64,000 bases of DNA from Muribaculaceae bacterium (GTDB lineage Bacteria > Bacteroidota > Bacteroidia > Bacteroidales > Muribaculaceae): positions 946 through 64,945 of the forward strand of contig JAIDQZ010000041.1 in the NCBI GenBank assembly GCA_029062005.1. Reading direction: 5' to 3'. The notes under the pieces were generated by a model, which was not told the origin of the DNA, made no database searches, and saw nothing but the letters and a program-made list of their open reading frames with translations. Both the position numbers and the translations under genes were made by a program. Below are positions 20,966 to 31,181 of this stretch, one piece after another; position 1 is the stretch's first letter, and each line of letters begins with the position of its first letter.

Positions 20966-21337
20966 TTAGATTTCCCATGGAAAGAACATCGGCACCTGGA
21001 TGGCGTTTACTTTCTGCCGGGGTGTGAATTTGCGCTGTGGATAGAGCATCATGCGGCGTTCGCGTGTCCAGCCTCTGTCATGGTTTCGTATCTGTATTAC
21101 TGCGAGTCCCTGCATCCCTTTGGCGCGGATTCGCAGATCTCCCGTGAGGTCGGTCATGTCTGCTACCTTGCGGGTTTCGTATTCCATCACGCATTGGTTT
21201 CTCATCAGCATTCTTACAGAGATCCTGTCGCCATAGCTGATTAGATTGTCGCTGCGCCCTACCGGGATGCGCCTTTCTGTGCGTGAGGAGAGGATGGGGG
21301 CACCTGATGTGCTGGAGATGTAATACGTACTGTTCAT
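20966..21337 (-). CDS. Hypothetical protein
   Basis: 123-aa ORF filling the gap with plausible composition; no family recognised. Confidence 0.55.
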   Translation of the reverse strand: MNSTYYISSTSGAPILSSRTERRIPVGRSDNLISYGDRISVRMLMRNQCVMEYETRKVADMTDLTGDLRIRAKGMQGLAVIQIRNHDRGWTRERRMMLYPQRKFTPRQKVNAIQVPMFFPWEI

Positions 21338-21482
21338 AGCCGGATATTTTTGCCGGCGGCTGAATAAGCCGCCCTTGTTTTATATTGCAAAAATAGTCCG
21401 GATTACTGCCGGTTTCGGGCAGTTGTTTGTTAATGAATGTTAATGACTGTATGTTTCGCGTGCAGTCATATAAAAATTAAAA

Positions 21483-21506
21483 CCTCGTGATGAGACCATC
21501 ACGAGG
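21483..21506 (-). terminator. Intrinsic terminator of tRNA-Leu
   Basis: CCTCGTGATG-AGAC-CATCACGAGG hairpin followed by a T-run on the minus strand. Confidence 0.8.
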
Positions 21507-21517
21507 CAAATTATTCG

Positions 21518-21602
21518 TACAGGAAATGGGACTCGAACCCACACAGCCCGCAAAGGCCAGGGGATTTTAAGTCCCCCGTGTCTACCATTCCACCATTCCT
21601 GC
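21518..21602 (-). tRNA. tRNA-Leu(TAA)
   Basis: GCAGGAA/TTCCTGT acceptor stem, GGGGA-CTTAAAA-TCCCC anticodon arm, long variable arm, TTCGAGT T-loop; CCA not encoded. Confidence 0.95.
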
Positions 21603-21678
21603 ATCAGGCTGCCGGAGTTGCATTCCGAATGCAAAGTTAATTACTTTTTTGGAGTTGACCAAATATTTTTATTAAAAA

Positions 21679-21705
21679 GATGCCCCGTAGGTTATACGGG
21701 GCATC
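21679..21705 (-). terminator. Intrinsic terminator of the ompA-like gene
   Basis: GATGCCCCGTA...TACGGGGCATC hairpin plus T-run on the minus strand. Confidence 0.8.
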
Positions 21706-21747
21706 CACATTCGCCGCACTGCGGCATTCACTAGCCTAAAGTTATTT

Positions 21748-22920
21748 TTATTTAGTAACGCTGGTTTCAGTTGATACGGGAGCGCCATTGTCAAGAGTGC
21801 AGATTGCAACTCGGTTCCAGCTTTCTTCCTCAAACATGTGGCCGATGCCCATGCCTTCTGCCTTGATTCTGCTTTCAGGTATGCCGTATTTGCTTACGAG
21901 CATGTTCTTGACTGATTCAGCACGCTGGTTGGCGAGACGTTCGTTGACTTCTGCAGGACCATCCTGTGATGCGTATCCCTTGATGCTTACAGTAGCCTTC
22001 GGGTGATTCTTAAGGTAGGAAGCAACTGCTGCTACATTAGGAAGCTGATCGGAAGGAACATTGTAGCGACCGATTGCGAAGTTCACATATCTTACGGTGC
22101 TGAGGAAGTCCTGAGTCTCCTTTACAACGACCGGTTTCTGATTCTTGAGCTTCTGGATCTCTGATGCAAGCATCATGTTTTCATTAGTGCTCTGGTTGAG
22201 GGCGTCGCCTGCTGCTGCGAGATCAGCGCGAAGGTTGGTGACTTTCTCGTTGAGAGCTGCGATTTCATCGAGATTATATTCAGGTAGACTGTATTTGAAT
22301 CCCTTTCCGAGTTTAACAGATACACCAGCCATGACATTGATAGTTGCCTTACCGGCGTCATAGGCAGCAGAAGTCTGCTTTGCGTGTGCGTCGCTCATGT
22401 CGTAGAGCACGCTCGGGCGGATTGAAAGGGTCACATTGTCACTTACATTGAAGTTGAAGTTAAGACCTGCCTTTGTGGCGAAGAAGTTGTGGTCTGTGCC
22501 TTTGCCATTCTGATAAAGGTGTCCCCATCCGGCTCCGGCTACCGCCTCGATGTCAAATACGTTTTTGGTTCCGTATGGCTGGAAGAGCTTGAAGAGGTTG
22601 ACTGCACCGTAAGTACCTACATAGCTTGCATCGAATGCTGTAGTGGAATGAGTCATGCCTTTCCAGTTTGAAGTATTCACAGCGAAATCACCTTCAGCTC
22701 CGAGAGCGAATGCAGGAGTGATCTGCTTGCGGATGTCAAGGCCTGCAACTCCGCGCATGTCCTTGAAGAAATTCTTTCCGCTTGTCATGGGAGTGGTGGC
22801 ACCGCCTTGAACTCCGATAGACATGTTGCTGAAGAAACCGGGTTTCTGAAGAGTTTCCTGGGCTGTCATAGTTGCCGCGCCTGAAAGAAGGACTGTAGCG
22901 GCGAGTAACATCTTTTTCAT
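21748..22920 (-). CDS. OmpA family protein
   Basis: N-terminal beta barrel, C-terminal OmpA_C (GYAS..G..EVNERLANQRAESVK...NRV). Confidence 0.92.
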   Translation of the reverse strand: MKKMLLAATVLLSGAATMTAQETLQKPGFFSNMSIGVQGGATTPMTSGKNFFKDMRGVAGLDIRKQITPAFALGAEGDFAVNTSNWKGMTHSTTAFDASYVGTYGAVNLFKLFQPYGTKNVFDIEAVAGAGWGHLYQNGKGTDHNFFATKAGLNFNFNVSDNVTLSIRPSVLYDMSDAHAKQTSAAYDAGKATINVMAGVSVKLGKGFKYSLPEYNLDEIAALNEKVTNLRADLAAAGDALNQSTNENMMLASEIQKLKNQKPVVVKETQDFLSTVRYVNFAIGRYNVPSDQLPNVAAVASYLKNHPKATVSIKGYASQDGPAEVNERLANQRAESVKNMLVSKYGIPESRIKAEGMGIGHMFEEESWNRVAICTLDNGAPVSTETSVTK

Positions 22921-23193
22921 AATTGTGCGTTTTTAAGTTAAAAAATTAAGATAAATTTATATTGGTTTTTTTAATTATCATTGAGGTTTGTTTCGCCTCA
23001 GTGATTTTGTACCATTAAAACGCGCGAATAAGGCAATTTGCTTAATGAAAATATAAAAAAAAGTTGAATTTAACATTTGTTAAGACTTTTGGTTGTTTTA
23101 AAATTCTGGTTATCAGGCGATAATGTTTTAAGGTAAAATTTAAGTTTTTTACGTCACCTGTATTTGCCTGTGTCCGGAGGAGTTCATTGGCGC

Positions 23194-24309
23194 TTATTTC
23201 AGGAGCTCAAAGGTGGCTTCAATGGGATAATGGTCTGATGTATTTATACGATGTCGTTTGGTCCTGATGGCTCTAAGCCTGTCGCCTCGATAGAATATCT
23301 GGTCGATGTGAAAAAGAAATAAAAACTGATTGAACGTGTTTGTCGGTCCGAAACTTGTCTCGGAATAAGCATCCTTGAATCCGGCTTTACGCATGATGCC
23401 ATACGACCAGCTTCCCGCAACGTCGTTGAAGTCCCCGCATGCGATTATGGGGTTGATTCCTGCTGTGGTCTCTGCCATTTCCGTAACATTATAAGCCCTC
23501 GAACGGAATGCCTGACCAAGTTTTGGAAATATCTCATATTTGAATTCCTCATAGCTTTTTCTGGCGGTGCTTACACCGCGTATTTCAGTCACTACTTCTC
23601 TTTCCGTATCTGTCAGAGAGTAGGATGTCATATGGAAATTCACCAAATGAAGCTTGAAGCCTTTGATGTCGACTTCAAACAGCCTCCAGCGTCTGCGTTG
23701 TCGCCAGTAGTCTTCCTCTTCCTGATCGGAGCAAGCCACCGGAAGAAGCGCCACGGGATATTTCGACAGTACCTTCAGGTCATTATCTTCAGTTCCCGCC
23801 CTATATGGATACGCGGCATAAAGAGAATCGATCAATCCGCGGCTCCAATGATGTATCTCGGAGGGATCTTCAAAATTTTCCAGTTCCTGAAGGCAAATTA
23901 TGTCGGCATTGCTCTTTATAAGGAATTCAATAGACCGGTTGCCCGGAAGTTCCGATTTTGTAGTGTCAGCGAGATGGAGGCAGTTGAATGTCATCAGCCG
24001 GAATGTCCGCTTTTCATCCTGCACGGATTTTGAGAAAGAAAGGGGGGTCACGTCTTTCAGGGTGCTCCAGCTTCCGAAAAGTGTCAGACCTGCGATGGCT
24101 GCCATTATGATTCGTCCTGAAAGCAGCCATCCGATTCCGACGATCAGTGTTGCTATGGCAAGGTAAGGAAGAGCAAGCACGAGCACAGAGGGTACAGTCA
24201 TATATTCCGGATTGCACTTGCCTCCGTATGCCGCGGCTATTGTGACTATGAACAATATTATAGATACGATCTTGAGCGCTAAACGTATTAGTGGTGATAT
24301 TATGATCAT
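23194..24309 (-). CDS. Endonuclease/exonuclease/phosphatase family membrane protein
   Basis: N-terminal TM helices; MTFN, ICLQE, CGDFND, HIDQI, SDHYP. Confidence 0.9.
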   Translation of the reverse strand: MIIISPLIRLALKIVSIILFIVTIAAAYGGKCNPEYMTVPSVLVLALPYLAIATLIVGIGWLLSGRIIMAAIAGLTLFGSWSTLKDVTPLSFSKSVQDEKRTFRLMTFNCLHLADTTKSELPGNRSIEFLIKSNADIICLQELENFEDPSEIHHWSRGLIDSLYAAYPYRAGTEDNDLKVLSKYPVALLPVACSDQEEEDYWRQRRRWRLFEVDIKGFKLHLVNFHMTSYSLTDTEREVVTEIRGVSTARKSYEEFKYEIFPKLGQAFRSRAYNVTEMAETTAGINPIIACGDFNDVAGSWSYGIMRKAGFKDAYSETSFGPTNTFNQFLFLFHIDQIFYRGDRLRAIRTKRHRINTSDHYPIEATFELLK

Positions 24310-24361
24310 GTTTTCTATATATACAATATTATATATTATATAATGTACAGATTGTACGGAA

Positions 24362-25210
24362 TTATTTATTCAGTTTCGCTGAAAGGTCGTTGAGTTCCTT
24401 GCGTTCCTTACGCGAAAGGCTTCCGTAGCCGGACAGCTTTATTTTGTCAAGGAGCATATCAAGACGTTGCAGATCATGCTGACGCTCTTTGAGCACTTCC
24501 ACCATCCTGCCCGGGCTTCGTCGGGCACTGCTGTCTTTGCCGGATGGACGCAGGCCGCCTATCAGCGTGGCAGGAGCGGCAGACAGGTCTTTCCCCTTCC
24601 TGAGCAGCATAGCGAAGATTACGCCCCAGGCAAGACCTCCGATATGTGCCGCCTGGTTGCCGCCACCGCCAAGAAATGTCAGCAGGCAACATATGGTCGC
24701 CACCCATTTGAGTCTTACATTCCCAATAAGGAACAAGCTGACGTTATAGTCCGGATTCATTATGGCTGCTGTGCACATCACCGCTATCACGGCGGCGCTG
24801 CATCCGCAAAGCCAGCCGCTTCCGTATCCTGCAGCCGCAGCGATCAGGAAAAAAATTCCTCCTGCGATACCCCCTCCTGCAAATGCGAAGGCAAGTTGCC
24901 TGTCAGAAAGACTGATCAGCATGATCCGTCCAAACCAGTAGAGCCAAAGCACATTGAAAAGCATGTGAAGCACGTCGAAATGGATTGCCATGTAGCTTAT
25001 CAAGGTCCATGGGCGGGATATAAAGATAGGGAAAGAAGAGGGAAGTGTGAGCCAATCCGCAACCGGGACCTGGAAATGCATGACGCGTCCGGCGAGAGTC
25101 AGGATCGTGACTGCAAGCCAGATAGCAGCCTCGCATAGTGTAAGCCATGCCAGCAGAGTGCTTCCTCCGCAATACGATTTCCACCTGTCGATCATTATCT
25201 TCTCGGTCAC
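24362..25210 (-). CDS. Rhomboid family intramembrane protease
   Basis: HMLFNVLWLYWFG, AHIGGL; GCS at the usual GxS position. Confidence 0.88.
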   Translation of the reverse strand: MTEKIMIDRWKSYCGGSTLLAWLTLCEAAIWLAVTILTLAGRVMHFQVPVADWLTLPSSFPIFISRPWTLISYMAIHFDVLHMLFNVLWLYWFGRIMLISLSDRQLAFAFAGGGIAGGIFFLIAAAAGYGSGWLCGCSAAVIAVMCTAAIMNPDYNVSLFLIGNVRLKWVATICCLLTFLGGGGNQAAHIGGLAWGVIFAMLLRKGKDLSAAPATLIGGLRPSGKDSSARRSPGRMVEVLKERQHDLQRLDMLLDKIKLSGYGSLSRKERKELNDLSAKLNK

Positions 25211-25215
25211 AATAC

Positions 25216-25983
25216 TTAATTAAATCTATGCAGTGTCCCCTTTTTCTTCCAATAAAGGAGCATGAAGATACCAAACAGCATGCCTCCGAGGTGTGCGAAA
25301 TGTGCGATGGTGCTTGCGCTTCCGCTCACTCCGAGGAAAAATTCGATCACGCCGTAGCCTATCACCATATATTTGGCTTTGATCGGCACAGGAATGAAGA
25401 AAAAGTAAAGCGGCATATTGGGAAAAGTAAAAGCGAATCCGAGCAATATACCGTAGATCGCGCCTGAAGCTCCTATAGTGACCATCATTGACTTGAAGCT
25501 GTCGATAGCTTCAATCCATTTGGGGTCTCCGCTGCTCACTGCTGCATCCACGATAGCTCTCATATGTTCGGAGGTGAGGCCGTTGAGGCGTGCTATGCCA
25601 TCTACATATTCTGATTTCCATGTCAGTTCCCACACTCCTTCCTGCACCGCCGCTGCTCCGATTCCACACACGAGATAGAAGATAAGGAAACGTTTTGATC
25701 CCCAGACATGTTCCAAGATCCTGCCGAACATCCATAGGGAGAACATGTTGAAGAGTATGTGCATAGGATTGTCGGGACTGTGCATGAACATATATGTGAG
25801 GAACTGCGCCGGATTGAAAAGACCGCTTCCTATCAAGTGCAGTCCGAGCCTGTCGACAAGAGTCTTCGAAAATCCCGGTACGAGGATTTCTGCAAGCCAG
25901 ACGATAAGATTGATTATTATAAGGTTTTTGGTCACGGTGGGGATGGAGCTCCACCAATTGCCGGAAGAAGATCCGTTGTACAT
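25216..25983 (-). CDS. Rhomboid family intramembrane serine protease
   Basis: HILFNMFSLWMFG, GASGAIYG, AHFAHLGG. Start set at MYNG. Confidence 0.92.
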   Translation of the reverse strand: MYNGSSSGNWWSSIPTVTKNLIIINLIVWLAEILVPGFSKTLVDRLGLHLIGSGLFNPAQFLTYMFMHSPDNPMHILFNMFSLWMFGRILEHVWGSKRFLIFYLVCGIGAAAVQEGVWELTWKSEYVDGIARLNGLTSEHMRAIVDAAVSSGDPKWIEAIDSFKSMMVTIGASGAIYGILLGFAFTFPNMPLYFFFIPVPIKAKYMVIGYGVIEFFLGVSGSASTIAHFAHLGGMLFGIFMLLYWKKKGTLHRFN

Positions 25984-26230
25984 TTTCTGATTCTTTTTTT
26001 CGGTTTTAAGTTTATAAGGAGAACTCTTTGACAAATTCTATGCAAAATTAACAATTTTAGTCCTGATTTCATCTTAAATCATCGAAAAAACATATCTTTT
26101 AATAATTTTTTTAATTTTTTTCTCTAAAAAGTTTGTTATTAGCATTTTTAACATTATATTTGCGACCTGAACTCAACTTTTAAGTAAAAAAATCAGTTAG
26201 TTATAATATATTCAACCAAAATTTAGAATT

Positions 26231-26494
26231 ATGAACAAGACAGATCTCGTCAATGAAATCGCCGCTAAGGCAGGTCTCAGCAAAGTGGATTCAAAGAAGG
26301 CTCTTGATGCGGTTCTTGAATCAATCGAACAGGCTCTCGCAAATGAAGACAAGGTTCAGCTCATCGGTTTCGGCACTTTCGCAGTGGTGGAAAAGCCTGC
26401 ACGCGAAGGCATCAACCCCCGCACAAAGGAAAAGATCCAGATCGAGGCCCGTAAGGTCGTGAAATTCAAACCAGCCGATGGTCTTGGCAAGTAA
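26231..26494 (+). CDS. hup: DNA-binding protein HU
   Basis: MNKTDLVNEIA, VQLIGFGTF, GINPRT, VKFKP. Confidence 0.95.
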   Translation: MNKTDLVNEIAAKAGLSKVDSKKALDAVLESIEQALANEDKVQLIGFGTFAVVEKPAREGINPRTKEKIQIEARKVVKFKPADGLGK

Positions 26495-26537
26495 AAGTCT
26501 TCTTTTATAAAAGCATATAAGGAGATTCCTACAGATT

Positions 26538-26575
26538 CAGCAGACTTCCCGCCCCGCATGGCAGGAAGTCTGCTG
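26538..26575 (+). terminator. Hairpin after HU, probable terminator
   Basis: CAGCAGACTTCC...GGAAGTCTGCTG, 12-bp stem. Confidence 0.65.
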
Positions 26576-26679
26576 CGTTTGGGAATGTTTTGTATGGATT
26601 CAGACAACTTCATCCGCAAGTTCTTTGTATATTTCGGTATTTATTGTTAAATTTGCATACGAATTTGACAACAAAGGAA

Positions 26680-28461
26680 ATGAAAATTGAATCGATAATC
26701 ACTCAGGGCGTAAGCGATGCTGTAAAGGCACTTTACGCTCTTGACTTTCCGGCTGACAAGATTCAGCCTCAGCAGACAAAGAAGGAATTTGAAGGAAACC
26801 TCACGGTGATGGCATTCCCGTTTCTGAAGGCATCCCATAAATCGCCCGAAGCCACAGCTGCGGAGATAGGGGAGTGGCTTGTTGCCAATGTGCCGGCGGT
26901 GGAGAAATTCAATGTGGTGAAAGGATTTCTGAATCTTTCGGTAAATCCTACCTTTTGGCTTACTACGCTGCATTCCATTGCTGAAGATCCTGAATTCGGA
27001 ATCAGGCATGCCGATGAGCATTCCGACCTCGTGATGGTGGAATATTCCAGTCCCAACACCAATAAGCCACTTCATCTCGGCCATGTCCGCAATAATCTTC
27101 TCGGTTATTCCTTGTCGAGGATACTTGAGGCAAACGGTCATAAGGTGGTGAAGACAAATATCGTAAACGACCGCGGCATCCATATATGCAAGTCCATGCT
27201 CGCATGGAAGAAGTGGGGTGATGGCGCCACTCCTGAATCCACCGGCAAGAAGGGTGATCATCTTATCGGCGACTTCTATGTGCTTTTTGACAAGCATTTC
27301 AAATCGGAAGTAAACGATCTGATGGAGAAGGAAGGTCTTTCCGAAGATGATGCGAAGGCAAAGTCCCCCCTCATGCTTGAGGCGCGCGAGATGCTGCGCA
27401 AGTGGGAAGCCGGCGACAAGGAGGTGCGCGACCTCTGGAAGATGATGAACGAATGGGTATATGCAGGCTTCGACGAGACCTACCGCCGTCTTGGTGTCGG
27501 ATTCGACAAGATATATTATGAGAGCGATACATATCTTCAGGGTAAGGATCTCGTGCTTAAAGGTCTTGATGAAGGTATCATGTACCGAAAGGAGGACGGA
27601 TCCGTATGGGCTGATCTTACTTCTGACGGTCTTGACCATAAGCTTCTGCTCCGTGCAGACGGAACATCTGTCTATATGACCCAGGACATTGGCACCGCTA
27701 AGCTGAGATATCAGGATTTTCCTATCGACAAGATGATATATGTGGTAGGAAATGAGCAGAACTATCACTTCCAGGTGCTGTCGCTTCTTCTCGACAAACT
27801 CGGATTCAAATGGGGCAAGGACCTTACCCACTTCTCATATGGAATGGTGGAGTTGCCGGAGGGAAAGATGAAGAGCCGCGAAGGAACGGTGGTTGATGCC
27901 GATGATCTCATCGACAAGATGATAGCCGATGCCGCCGAGACCGGAGCTGAACGTTTTGCCGATATGCCTGAAGAAGAAAGGAAGGAAGTGGCGCGTATAG
28001 TGGGTATGGGTGCGTTGAAGTATTTCCTGCTGAAGGTGGATCCCCGCAAGAACATGCTTTTCAATCCCAAGGAATCAATCGACTTTAATGGAAATACTGG
28101 TCCGTTCCTGCAGTACACGTATGCACGTGTGCAATCAGTGCTCCGTCGTGCCGGTGATGATTTCGACCCACAGACTATGCCTGCTGCCATACCCAACGAG
28201 GTGGAGTCTGACCTGATTCAGAAAGTGGCGGATTTCCCGGAAGTGGTCAAGGAAGCAGGACGTACTTACAGTCCGTCGCTCATCGCCAACTACTGCTTCG
28301 AGCTGGCTAAGGAATACAACAGATTTTACCATGACTACAGCATACTCAGGGAAGAGAACGAATCGGTGCGAAAACTGCGTCTGCTCCTGAGCTATGTCGT
28401 GGCGCGCACACTGAAGGCGGGAGTGGCGCTTCTCGGCATGGAGATGCCCGAGAGGATGTAG
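26680..28461 (+). CDS. argS: Arginine--tRNA ligase
   Basis: EYSSPNTNKPLHLGHVRN, KMKSREG, FNGNTGP..QY, MPERM. Confidence 0.97.
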   Translation: MKIESIITQGVSDAVKALYALDFPADKIQPQQTKKEFEGNLTVMAFPFLKASHKSPEATAAEIGEWLVANVPAVEKFNVVKGFLNLSVNPTFWLTTLHSIAEDPEFGIRHADEHSDLVMVEYSSPNTNKPLHLGHVRNNLLGYSLSRILEANGHKVVKTNIVNDRGIHICKSMLAWKKWGDGATPESTGKKGDHLIGDFYVLFDKHFKSEVNDLMEKEGLSEDDAKAKSPLMLEAREMLRKWEAGDKEVRDLWKMMNEWVYAGFDETYRRLGVGFDKIYYESDTYLQGKDLVLKGLDEGIMYRKEDGSVWADLTSDGLDHKLLLRADGTSVYMTQDIGTAKLRYQDFPIDKMIYVVGNEQNYHFQVLSLLLDKLGFKWGKDLTHFSYGMVELPEGKMKSREGTVVDADDLIDKMIADAAETGAERFADMPEEERKEVARIVGMGALKYFLLKVDPRKNMLFNPKESIDFNGNTGPFLQYTYARVQSVLRRAGDDFDPQTMPAAIPNEVESDLIQKVADFPEVVKEAGRTYSPSLIANYCFELAKEYNRFYHDYSILREENESVRKLRLLLSYVVARTLKAGVALLGMEMPERM

Positions 28462-28583
28462 TGTCCCGATGCAGGATTAAACCTAAGTGCGGATGTCTTT
28501 GTCTAATATATTGAAGGTCTTGTAAAGACAGTAAGACAGATTCGTCAAATCACAATTATGATAAACAAAAATCACAAATAAAT

Positions 28584-29309
28584 ATGTATCCAGATTATAA
28601 CAATCAGCCGCAGACTCCTCCTCCTTATTACGGACAGTCTGCAGTGACACGTCAGGCAAATGCCGTTATGAAGCGTGTATATGTCCGTATGTTTATCGGA
28701 CTTCTTGTGTCGGCTTTCTGCGCTCTCGGCGTGGCATCGAGTCAGACTATGATAAATATCATTTTCGGCAATCAGATCGTGATGTGGGGTCTGGTCATTG
28801 CAATGTTTGCTATGGCAATCCTCATTCCGGTGCGCATGCAGAAGATGTCGAGCGGAATGGTGCTCCTGCTATTTATTATATATTCGGCACTCATGGGCAC
28901 TTTCCTAAGCAGCATTTTTATAGTCTATAAGCTGTCAGCCATTGTCTCCACCTTCTTCATCACGGCAGGAACATTCGGTGCTATGACGGTGTACGGCTAT
29001 TTCACCAAGTCAGACCTGACTAAAATGGGCTCATTCCTGATGATGGCATTGTTCGGACTCCTTATAGCCATGCTTGTGAATATATTCATCCACAGCAATA
29101 CTATGGGATTCATTATCTCGATTGCAGGAGTGCTGATATTCACGGGTCTGACTGCATGGGACACCCAGCAGGTGAAACAGCTTGCGGCAGCCAATCTTGA
29201 TCCGGCGCTTGCTGACAAACTTGCTACAATGGGCGCCATGAACCTCTATCTTGACTTCATCAACCTCTTCCTCTTTATCCTGCGTATATTCGGTGGAAAC
29301 CGAGACTGA
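28584..29309 (+). CDS. Bax inhibitor-1/YccA family membrane protein
   Basis: About 7 TM helices, AWDTQ, LYLDFINLFL. Confidence 0.9.
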   Translation: MYPDYNNQPQTPPPYYGQSAVTRQANAVMKRVYVRMFIGLLVSAFCALGVASSQTMINIIFGNQIVMWGLVIAMFAMAILIPVRMQKMSSGMVLLLFIIYSALMGTFLSSIFIVYKLSAIVSTFFITAGTFGAMTVYGYFTKSDLTKMGSFLMMALFGLLIAMLVNIFIHSNTMGFIISIAGVLIFTGLTAWDTQQVKQLAAANLDPALADKLATMGAMNLYLDFINLFLFILRIFGGNRD

Positions 29310-29387
29310 TAAAAGCAATCCGGGCTTGTAATGCTCATGCATTACAAGCCTTTTTTCATATTTTAAATTACTTATACCTGACAACTC

Positions 29388-31166
29388 ATGACAAAATATC
29401 CCAAAATCGGTATACGCCCCACTATTGACGGACGTCAGGGAGGTGTACGCGAAAGTCTTGAAGACAAGACCATGAACCTCGCAAAGGCTGTAGCAGACCT
29501 TATTTCGGCAAATCTTCGCTATCCGGACGGCACTCCGGTGGAATGCGTTATAGCAGACGGCACTATAGGAAGATTTCCGGAGACGGCGGCTTGTGCCGAG
29601 AAATTCGAACGCGAAGGCGTAGGCGCTACAATTACAGTTACATCATGCTGGTGCTATGGGTCGGAGACCATGGACATGCATCCTCATTGGCCTAAAGCAG
29701 TGTGGGGGTTCAACGGCACGGAACGCCCGGGTGCAGTTTATCTTGCCGCCGTGCTTGCCGCCCATGCACAGAAGGGACTTCCTGCATTTGGCATATACGG
29801 TCGCAATGTGCAGGATATCGACGACAACAGTATTCCTGCCGATGTGGCAGAGAAGATCCTGCGTTTTGCCAGGGCTGCGGTTGCCGTGGCTATAATGAGG
29901 GGAAAATCCTATCTATCGATCGGTTCGGTCTCTATGGGAATCGCCGGCTCAATCGTCAATCCCGATTTCTTCCAGGAATATCTCGGCATGCGCACGGAGT
30001 CTGTGGATGCTACCGAGATCATTCGCCGTATGAGCGAAGGCATCTACGATAAGGATGAGTATGAGAAAGCAATGGCATGGACTGAGAAATACTGCAAGAC
30101 CCGTGAAGGGGAGGACTTCAAGAACAGAGAAGAGAAAAAGAAGACACGTGAGCAGAAGGATGCGGACTGGGAGTTTGTGGTGAAGATGACTCTCATCGTG
30201 CGCGACCTGCTCAAGGGAAATCCCAAACTTAAGGAAATGGGATTCAAAGAGGAGGCGCTCGGACATAATGCCATAGCCGGAGGTTTTCAAGGTCAGCGCC
30301 AATGGACTGACTTTTATCCCAACGGAGACTTTACCGAGGCTCTTCTCAACACCTCCTTCGATTGGAACGGCATAAGGGAGGCGTTTGTGCTGGCGACTGA
30401 GAATGATGCCTGCAACGGGGTGGCGATGCTTTTCGGACATCTGCTCACCAACCGGGCGCAGTTCTTCAGCGACGTCCGCACATACTGGAGCCCGGAAGCT
30501 GTGTACAGGGTTACAGGTAAGGAACTGACCGGGCGCGCAGCCGGAGGCATGATCCATCTTATCAATTCAGGAGCTACCACTCTTGACGGTACGGGTCAGT
30601 CGGTGGATTCAAACGGTATGCCTGTGATGAAGGCGCATTGGGAGATGACAGAAGCCGATGCAGAGAAATGCCTTGAGGCCACTACGTGGTATCCGGCAGA
30701 CAGAGACTATTTCCGTGGTGGAGGATTCTCTTCAAATTTCCTTACCAAGGGAGGTATGCCCGTCACCATGATGCGTCTGAATCTCGTGAAAGGACTCGGT
30801 CCGGTGCTTCAGATCGCCGAAGGCTGGACTGCTGATGTCGATCCCGAGATAAACCGCGCGCTCGACATGCGTACAGATCCGACCTGGCCTACAACCTGGT
30901 TCGTGCCACGTCTATGCAGGGACCGTGATGCATTCAAGGATGTATATTCAGTGATGAATAACTGGGGAGCCAACCATGGAGCCATATCCTACGGACATAT
31001 CGGCAAGGATCTCATCACTCTTGCTTCGATTCTTCGTATTCCCGTCTGCATGCACAATATCGAGGAGGAAGATATATTCCGTCCTGCCTCATGGAATGCT
31101 TTCGGTATGGACAAGGAGGGGGCTGACTATCGTGCGTGCGCGGCATACGGACCGATTTATAAGTAA
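29388..31166 (+). CDS. fucI: L-fucose isomerase
   Basis: [38 protein letters not shown]. Confidence 0.96.
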   Translation: MTKYPKIGIRPTIDGRQGGVRESLEDKTMNLAKAVADLISANLRYPDGTPVECVIADGTIGRFPETAACAEKFEREGVGATITVTSCWCYGSETMDMHPHWPKAVWGFNGTERPGAVYLAAVLAAHAQKGLPAFGIYGRNVQDIDDNSIPADVAEKILRFARAAVAVAIMRGKSYLSIGSVSMGIAGSIVNPDFFQEYLGMRTESVDATEIIRRMSEGIYDKDEYEKAMAWTEKYCKTREGEDFKNREEKKKTREQKDADWEFVVKMTLIVRDLLKGNPKLKEMGFKEEALGHNAIAGGFQGQRQWTDFYPNGDFTEALLNTSFDWNGIREAFVLATENDACNGVAMLFGHLLTNRAQFFSDVRTYWSPEAVYRVTGKELTGRAAGGMIHLINSGATTLDGTGQSVDSNGMPVMKAHWEMTEADAEKCLEATTWYPADRDYFRGGGFSSNFLTKGGMPVTMMRLNLVKGLGPVLQIAEGWTADVDPEINRALDMRTDPTWPTTWFVPRLCRDRDAFKDVYSVMNNWGANHGAISYGHIGKDLITLASILRIPVCMHNIEEEDIFRPASWNAFGMDKEGADYRACAAYGPIYK

Positions 31167-31181
31167 AGAAAACAGAATATC

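Noticed and set aside
21518-21602. tRNA-Leu as an island integration site
   Set aside because: No duplicated tRNA 3' end or integrase found; flanks are ordinary genes and a terminator follows directly.
26647-27831. Long antisense ORFs (394 aa opposite argS, 295 aa opposite the DegT gene, 273 aa opposite the helicase, and others)
   Set aside because: Shadow frames of well-supported genes in GC-balanced DNA; no motifs.
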